Source: Armatimonadota bacterium (GTDB taxonomy: Bacteria > Sysuimicrobiota > Sysuimicrobiia > Sysuimicrobiales > Humicultoraceae). Taken from it: a DNA stretch of 11,934 bases. The translations under genes were made by a program, and so were the position numbers. The DNA lies in NCBI GenBank assembly GCA_037446215.1, contig JBBIJB010000052.1, forward strand, positions 5,181 through 17,114, given 5' to 3'. Of this stretch, positions 7,404-11,934 are shown one piece after another (position 1 is the first letter of the stretch; every line of letters starts with the position of its first letter). The notes under the pieces are model-generated. The model was not told the origin of the DNA, ran no database searches, and worked only from the letters and a program-made list of their open reading frames with translations.

Positions 7404-8396
7404 TCAGTCGTCCGAAGGAGTGTCAATCAGGCGGAACAGCTCGTCGCGGGCCGACGGCTCCAGCGGCGTGGGCTTCCCTTCTCTTATCTGAACGCGCGGC
7501 CCGGCCCTCAGCTCTCCGACCACCGCGCACTCGATCCCGCCCTCGCGCAGCCGCGCGCAGAGGCGATCGGGATCAGGTGTGGCGGCCAGCAGCGCCCCGC
7601 TTCCTATCAGCCCCAGGGGATCCAGGCCCAGCACCCGGCAGATCGCCCTCGTCTCCTCGAGCACGGGCACCGCGTCGCAGTCCAGGCGCACTCCGCAGCC
7701 GGACGCCTCAGCCAGCTCCCAGACCCCGGTCAGCACGCCTCCCTCCGTGACGTCGTGCATGGCGGTCACCCCGCTGCGGGCGGCGATTCGGCCCTCCGGC
7801 ACTACGCTGATCATGCGCACGAGCGAGCGGGCCCGCTCCAACAGGGAGGGCGCCAGCGCCGGCAGAAGGCGCTCGGCGTAATCGGAGGCGAGTATGGCGG
7901 TTCCCTCGATGCCGGCGCTCTTCGTCATCACCACCGTGTCGCCTGGGCGGCCCCCGGCCGCTGAGACGAACCCCGCACGCGGAGCCCGGCCCACGGCCGC
8001 GGCGACCACGACCGACTGGGTCACGGCGGGCGTGACCTCGGTGTGACCCCCTACGATCTCGACGCCCACCTCCCGCGCGGCCCTGCCGGCATCGCGCATT
8101 ATCAGCTCCAGGTCCCTCTCGCCGGCGCCCCGCGGGAGAAGCAGCGTGAGCAGTACCCCGATGGGCTCAGCGCCGGCCGCGGCTAGATCGTTGCACGCGA
8201 CGTGCACGGCAAGGCGGCCCAGATGGTCGGCCGCCCCCGTGATTGGGTCACAGGTGACCACGCAGACCTCCGGGCCGAAGTCGAGAACGGCCGAGTCCTG
8301 CCCGATCCCCGCGTGGACCAGCACGTCGGGCCGGTGGCCGAGGTGTGGATAGACGCGCGATTGGAGCGTCCGCGGGGAGGACTTGCCTACCTTCAT
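7404..8396 (-). CDS. AIR synthase-related (PurM/HypE/ThiL superfamily) protein of unknown function, 330 aa
   Basis: MKVGK..., GIGQDSAV, TCDPITG, ACNDLAAAGAEP, IVGGHTEVT, PGDTVVMTK, AMHDVTEGG and DPLGLIGSGALL. It lacks the C-terminal PRIC of true HypE. ATG 8396 overlaps the upstream stop (ATGA). Confidence 0.88.
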   Translation of the reverse strand: MKVGKSSPRTLQSRVYPHLGHRPDVLVHAGIGQDSAVLDFGPEVCVVTCDPITGAADHLGRLAVHVACNDLAAAGAEPIGVLLTLLLPRGAGERDLELIMRDAGRAAREVGVEIVGGHTEVTPAVTQSVVVAAAVGRAPRAGFVSAAGGRPGDTVVMTKSAGIEGTAILASDYAERLLPALAPSLLERARSLVRMISVVPEGRIAARSGVTAMHDVTEGGVLTGVWELAEASGCGVRLDCDAVPVLEETRAICRVLGLDPLGLIGSGALLAATPDPDRLCARLREGGIECAVVGELRAGPRVQIREGKPTPLEPSARDELFRLIDTPSDD

Positions 8397-9046
8397 CGCC
8401 TCAGCGCCGGGATCGCGTGCGCAACCGAGGCGGAGACAGCCAGGCCGACTACCACCCCCACCGCGACCTGGACTAGGTTGTAGGGCACCTCGGCAAGGGC
8501 GACGCCCGCGCCGAGCCGGAAGAGGTAGGCCTGGGTCGCGAAGTAGCCCGCGACCATCACCATCCCGCCCGTGACCATCCCGGCCATCCGGGCCGCGGGC
8601 CCTCCGGCCATGAGCCTGCCCGAGAACAGGAACCCAAGACCTCCGAGCGCGGCCGCGAGCAGCACCGCGGCCGCCAGCGTGGTTGCCCAGCCCTCCGCGA
8701 CAAACAGCCACGCGGAGGCACCAGCCCCGGCCGCCAGTCCCCATGCCCACGCGCGGGGGCTGCCGCCGGCTGCCAGGTGTCCGACCAGCCACCCTTCGGC
8801 TCCCTTGATGAGCAGCGTGTAGGGGGCGTACTGCTGGTAGCCGAGTGTCAGGTCGGCCAGCGCCGAGCCGAGCCCGCCGGCCAGGGCTCCGGTGCGCGGC
8901 CCCAGCAGCAGCGCCACCGCGTAGATCGCGCCCTCTCCGAGGTTGAAGAAACCTTTGGTCTGAGGTATCGGGAGCACAAACACCCGCGTCACGACGTAGA
9001 CGAGCGCTATCGAGAGCCCACCGAGGGCCAGTTCACGCGCCTTCAC
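8393..9046 (-). CDS. ECF transporter S-component (HmpT/PdxU2-like), 217 aa
   Basis: Hydrophobic protein with IALVYVVT..PIP..GFFNLGE, LLGPRTGALAGGLGSALADL..GY..YAPYTLLIKG.EG, MVAGYF and PYNLVQ. The GTG start at 9046 follows a G-rich SD-like run. Confidence 0.88.
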   Translation of the reverse strand: MKARELALGGLSIALVYVVTRVFVLPIPQTKGFFNLGEGAIYAVALLLGPRTGALAGGLGSALADLTLGYQQYAPYTLLIKGAEGWLVGHLAAGGSPRAWAWGLAAGAGASAWLFVAEGWATTLAAAVLLAAALGGLGFLFSGRLMAGGPAARMAGMVTGGMVMVAGYFATQAYLFRLGAGVALAEVPYNLVQVAVGVVVGLAVSASVAHAIPALRR

Positions 9047-9107
9047 AGCCGCCCCCCCTGCATGCACGGATCTTCGGTACAAGCATCCTACGGCGCTCTG
9101 CCCCTGG

Positions 9108-9138
9108 CAAGAGCCTCTTGGCCTGCCAAACCGTTTGG
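9108..9138. promoter_or_regulatory. Two tandem 13-bp palindromes, candidate operator sites
   Basis: CAAGAG-C-CTCTTG (9108-9120) and CCAAAC-C-GTTTGG (9126-9138) in the spacer upstream of the S-component gene. Confidence 0.35.
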
Positions 9139-9154
9139 GTGTGAGGCGGGCCTG

Positions 9155-10087
9155 CTAGGCAGGGACCCTGGGTACGATCGGCACCAGGCGCTTCAGGAGG
9201 CGGTGGCTCACGTCCAGGGCCCTGAGCCCATCCTCGCCGGGAACCAGGGGAGAGGCCTCGCCTCTTGCGCAGGAGACGAAGTGCGCCAGCTCCGCCCGAA
9301 GCGGTTCCTCACCCTCCAGAGCATACCGCTCGTGCCGTCCATCGAGCCGTCTGATGCTGATCACTTGACGCAGGTAGTCCAGATGCACCGACATCTCGGG
9401 CATCGTTATCTCGATCTCCACGGCCTTCACAGCCGAGACGCGGCTGGACGTGAAGGTCATCCGGCAGCCGCCCTCTGTTGTCAGGTGCGCCACGGCCAGG
9501 TCCTCATGGCTGTTGTGAACGCACACGCCCACGCCCCCCATCTCCAAGATCCGGCCGGGAGCCAGGGAGAGCGCGATGTCGAGGTCGTGGATCATCAGGT
9601 CGAGGACGACCCCTACGTCCATCACACGGTGCGGATCGAAGGGCCGGACGCGCCGGGCCTGGATGAAGAGCGGATCCCTGACTATCTCGCGCAGATGCTG
9701 GACTGCGGGCTTGAACCTCTCGACGTGCCCGACCAGGAGGGTCTTGCCCAGGCGGTTCCCCATATCGACAAGGAGCCGCGCCTCCTCGACCGTGGCCGCT
9801 ATCGGCTTCTCGATCAAGACGTGCACGCCGGCCTCGATGAACTCCCGGGCGACCGAGTAGTGCATGCCGGTCGGGACCACGATGCTCGCCGCATCGACGA
9901 GGCCGATCAGCTCCCTGAAGTCGGTGAACCCCGAGGTCCCATAGCGCGCGGCCGTCTCCGACGCCTCACGCGCGTCCACATCCGCAACCCCTGCCAGGAC
10001 GACCCCGGGCATGGAGGCGAGGATGCGGGCGTGGTGGCGGCCCCACTGTCCCAGCCCGACGACGCCCACGCGAACCCGATCACCCAC
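9155..10087 (-). CDS. Gfo/Idh/MocA NAD-dependent oxidoreductase, GnnA/WlbA-like sugar 3-dehydrogenase (310 aa)
   Basis: VGVVGLGQWG (Rossmann fold), VPTGMH, HVLIEKP, VGHVERF.PA and DLMIHDLD. GTG 10087 follows GGGGGAG and overlaps the end of the DegT gene. Confidence 0.9.
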   Translation of the reverse strand: MGDRVRVGVVGLGQWGRHHARILASMPGVVLAGVADVDAREASETAARYGTSGFTDFRELIGLVDAASIVVPTGMHYSVAREFIEAGVHVLIEKPIAATVEEARLLVDMGNRLGKTLLVGHVERFKPAVQHLREIVRDPLFIQARRVRPFDPHRVMDVGVVLDLMIHDLDIALSLAPGRILEMGGVGVCVHNSHEDLAVAHLTTEGGCRMTFTSSRVSAVKAVEIEITMPEMSVHLDYLRQVISIRRLDGRHERYALEGEEPLRAELAHFVSCARGEASPLVPGEDGLRALDVSHRLLKRLVPIVPRVPA

Positions 10088-11201
10088 CGCTTCTCTCCCC
10101 CGGGTACGCACGGACCGCCTCCACGACGGCGTCTATCTCGCTGGGCACGAGAGCGGGATGCACCGGCAGTGACAGCACCTCCGCCGTCAGGCGCTCGGCG
10201 TTCGGGTAGCTGCCGCCGAACCCCCTCCTGAGGTAGGCGGGTGTGTGCGGCACGAGCGACGGATAGTAGACACGAGCCGAAACCCCTGTCTGCGAGAGGT
10301 GGGCGGCCAGCGCGTCGCGCTGGCCCGGGACGCGCACGGTGTACTGGTGGTAGACGTGGCGGTACCCGGGAGGCTCGGAGGGCGGCGCGATCCAGCCGAG
10401 ACCCTCCAGGCCGGCCGACAGCCGGGCGGCGTTGGCTCGGCGCCGGTCGTTTCGCTCCTCCAGGGCCGAGAGCTGGACCAGCCCGATGGCCCCGGCTATC
10501 TCCATCATCCGGTAGTTGAACCCGATAACCTCGTAGGCGTACTCCTGCTCTCCGCGCGGATCGACCAGCAGCCGGACGCGGCGGGCAAGCGCGGCGTCGG
10601 AGGTGGTCACCATGCCGCCTTCGCAAGTGGTCATGTTCTTCGTGGGATAGAAGCTGAAGGCCGCCACATCGCCGAAGGTGCCTACTCGACGCCCGTCGAT
10701 CGCGGCTCCGTGCGCCTGCGCGCAGTCCTCGATCAGCGCCACGCCGTATCGCTTCGCCAGATCCTCGAACGCGGTCATGTCCGCCGGCAGCCCGTACAGG
10801 TGCACGACGAGGATCGCCCTCACACCACCGCGACGGAGCTCGTCCTCGACGGCGGTGGGATCCAGGTTCGCCGTGGTGGCGTCAACGTCCACGAAGACCG
10901 GCTCCGCGCCGGCATGCAGCACCGCGTTGCTGCTCGCCGCGAAGGTCAGCGGCGTGGTCACGACGCGGTCGCCGGGACCGAGGCCGAGCGCCATGAGGGC
11001 CACCTGCAGCGCGGTACTGCCCGATGAGGTGGCCACGGCGCCCTCGGCGCCTACGTAGCGCGCAAAGGCGGCCTCGAACTCCGCCACACGGGGCCCTGCG
11101 ACGAGGATGCCGGAGTCCAGCACCTCAAGGGCCTTTCGCTTCTCTTCATCGCCGATCAGCGGTCGGGCTATCGGTATCTTCGATGACGTGCGAGGGGTCA
11201 T
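10080..11201 (-). CDS. DegT/DnrJ/EryC1/StrS PLP-dependent sugar aminotransferase (about 373 aa)
   Basis: SSGSTAL, PVFVDVD, VHLYG, IEDCAQAHG, FSFYPTKNMTTCEGG (PLP Lys), GFNYRM, HVYHQY and LSLPVHP. The start is ATG 11201 or TTG 11204, after GGAGTG. Confidence 0.95.
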   Translation of the reverse strand: MTPRTSSKIPIARPLIGDEEKRKALEVLDSGILVAGPRVAEFEAAFARYVGAEGAVATSSGSTALQVALMALGLGPGDRVVTTPLTFAASSNAVLHAGAEPVFVDVDATTANLDPTAVEDELRRGGVRAILVVHLYGLPADMTAFEDLAKRYGVALIEDCAQAHGAAIDGRRVGTFGDVAAFSFYPTKNMTTCEGGMVTTSDAALARRVRLLVDPRGEQEYAYEVIGFNYRMMEIAGAIGLVQLSALEERNDRRRANAARLSAGLEGLGWIAPPSEPPGYRHVYHQYTVRVPGQRDALAAHLSQTGVSARVYYPSLVPHTPAYLRRGFGGSYPNAERLTAEVLSLPVHPALVPSEIDAVVEAVRAYPGERSGG

Positions 11202-11301
11202 CAATCACTCCACGGCGGGTAGTTAGGCACGTCCCACCTGTTATTGTCCGGCTCTGCGCTCGGCGTTTCTCACCGCTCGCGCGCAAAGGATCGAGCGCCG
11301 G

Positions 11302-11448
11302 CTACTGAACGATCAGGCGCCTGCTGCTGGCCAGCAGCCAGACGAGGAAGATCAGCAACCCCAGGATCAGCAGCTCGGACTGCCCGCGCTCGTTGCCGAG
11401 CGTCCTTGAAACCACTGAGCGGATCCACGACTCAAGCACGATGTGCAT
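11302..11448 (-). CDS. 48-aa single-pass membrane peptide with a prepilin-like (class III) leader
   Basis: Manual translation gives MHIVLESWIRSVVSRTLGNERGQSELLILGLLIFLVWLLASSRRLIVQ*. A perfect AAGGAGG SD lies 6 nt upstream of the ATG. The ORF fills the gap between SRPBCC and DegT on the same strand. Confidence 0.8.
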   Translation of the reverse strand: MHIVLESWIRSVVSRTLGNERGQSELLILGLLIFLVWLLASSRRLIVQ

Positions 11449-11463
11449 AGTAGCCCTCCTTGG

Positions 11464-11907
11464 CTAGGTGTTGGGCGCCTCAAGCTGTCCCTTGAGCGCC
11501 GCCAGCATGCTCTCGCAGTTCTTTCGCATCAAGACCCTTACGAGCGAGCTGAGCAGCGGCCCGGCCAGCGGTATGTCCAGCTCGAACTCCACCGCCAGCG
11601 AGGTGCGCGTCCCCTCTGGGGTCTGCTCGAACCTCCACTCGCCCTCGTACCGGGCGAAGTCGCCGATCCTCTGTCTGAACGCGCAGGTATGCCTCGCGTC
11701 GTCCCACTCGTCCTCTTCGACCCAACGGAACTTCCTCCCCTGTACCAGGCCGACCCACTCGGTCACCGTGCCCGTCGGGGTACGTTCCAGGACGGTCACG
11801 CCCTCCAGATCGGGCATGAACTCCGGGAACCGCTCCACGTCCTTTGCGACGGCGTAGACGCGGTCCACCGGCGCATCGATCACGATCGCTGCCTGTACGC
11901 TCGCCAT
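11464..11907 (-). CDS. SRPBCC/START-fold protein (polyketide cyclase / Coq10-RatA-like), 147 aa
   Basis: IVIDAPVDRVY.VAKDVERFPEFMP, FRQRIGDF..YEGEWRF, GTRTSL.VEFE and a C-terminal helix. GGGAGG SD. Confidence 0.9.
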   Translation of the reverse strand: MASVQAAIVIDAPVDRVYAVAKDVERFPEFMPDLEGVTVLERTPTGTVTEWVGLVQGRKFRWVEEDEWDDARHTCAFRQRIGDFARYEGEWRFEQTPEGTRTSLAVEFELDIPLAGPLLSSLVRVLMRKNCESMLAALKGQLEAPNT

Positions 11908-11934
11908 CAGGCGGTCCCTCCCGTCGCCGCGCCG

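Noticed and set aside
7404..8396. Calling this gene hypE, thiL or purM
   Set aside because: It lacks the C-terminal PRIC Cys, has no hydrogenase or purine gene context, and its motifs fit the uncharacterised PurM-like subgroup better.
8397..8792. 132-aa N-terminal extension of the AIR synthase-like ORF
   Set aside because: It overlaps the S-component gene in another frame, is low-complexity Gly/Arg-rich, and the family-typical start MKVGK is at 8396.
9047..9154. TPP or other riboswitch upstream of the ECF S-component
   Set aside because: No conserved aptamer cores (such as CUGAGA and CCUGA for TPP) are visible, and the spacer is short.
8777..10231. 484-aa plus-strand ORF
   Set aside because: Antisense to the Gfo/Idh/MocA and ECF genes, with no family motifs.
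11205..11301. Promoter or structured RNA between the small ORF and DegT
   Set aside because: Only weak GC-rich stems and a GACAAT without a matching -35, not distinguishable from background.
11323..11338. 16-bp perfect palindrome GCTGCTGGCCAGCAGC
   Set aside because: It lies within the small ORF and is explained by common codons for L-L-A-S-S.
11907..11934. 3' end of an upstream gene (TGATG overlap with the SRPBCC start)
   Set aside because: Plausible, but only about eight codons are visible, too few to call.

Overview
GC-rich bacterial chromosomal window (roughly 70% GC by eye), almost fully coding, with nearly all genes on the minus strand. The left two-thirds is a conserved housekeeping cluster with Firmicutes-like synteny. 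rpmB (L28, + strand) is divergent from recG, followed by rsmD/coaD, a DivIVA/SepIVA-like coiled-coil protein, yceD (DUF177), rpmF (L32), plsX, fabH and fabD (cut by the window edge). The right third is a minus-strand block: an SRPBCC/START protein, a 48-aa ORF missing from the ORF track, a DegT-family aminotransferase, a Gfo/Idh/MocA dehydrogenase, an ECF S-component and a PurM/HypE-like protein. Most notable: (1) rsmD runs in frame into coaD with no stop codon, although coaD keeps its own strong SD and GTG start; (2) the 48-aa ORF has a prepilin-like (class III) leader and sits beside a GnnA/GnnB-like amino-sugar enzyme pair; (3) an enlarged ECF S-component is coupled to an uncharacterised PurM-fold enzyme, a candidate vitamin-salvage module with two tandem palindromes upstream; (4) a perfect-consensus internal promoter precedes yceD-rpmF. 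No mobile elements, CRISPR arrays, tRNA or rRNA genes were seen. All family calls come from motif recognition, not database searches.
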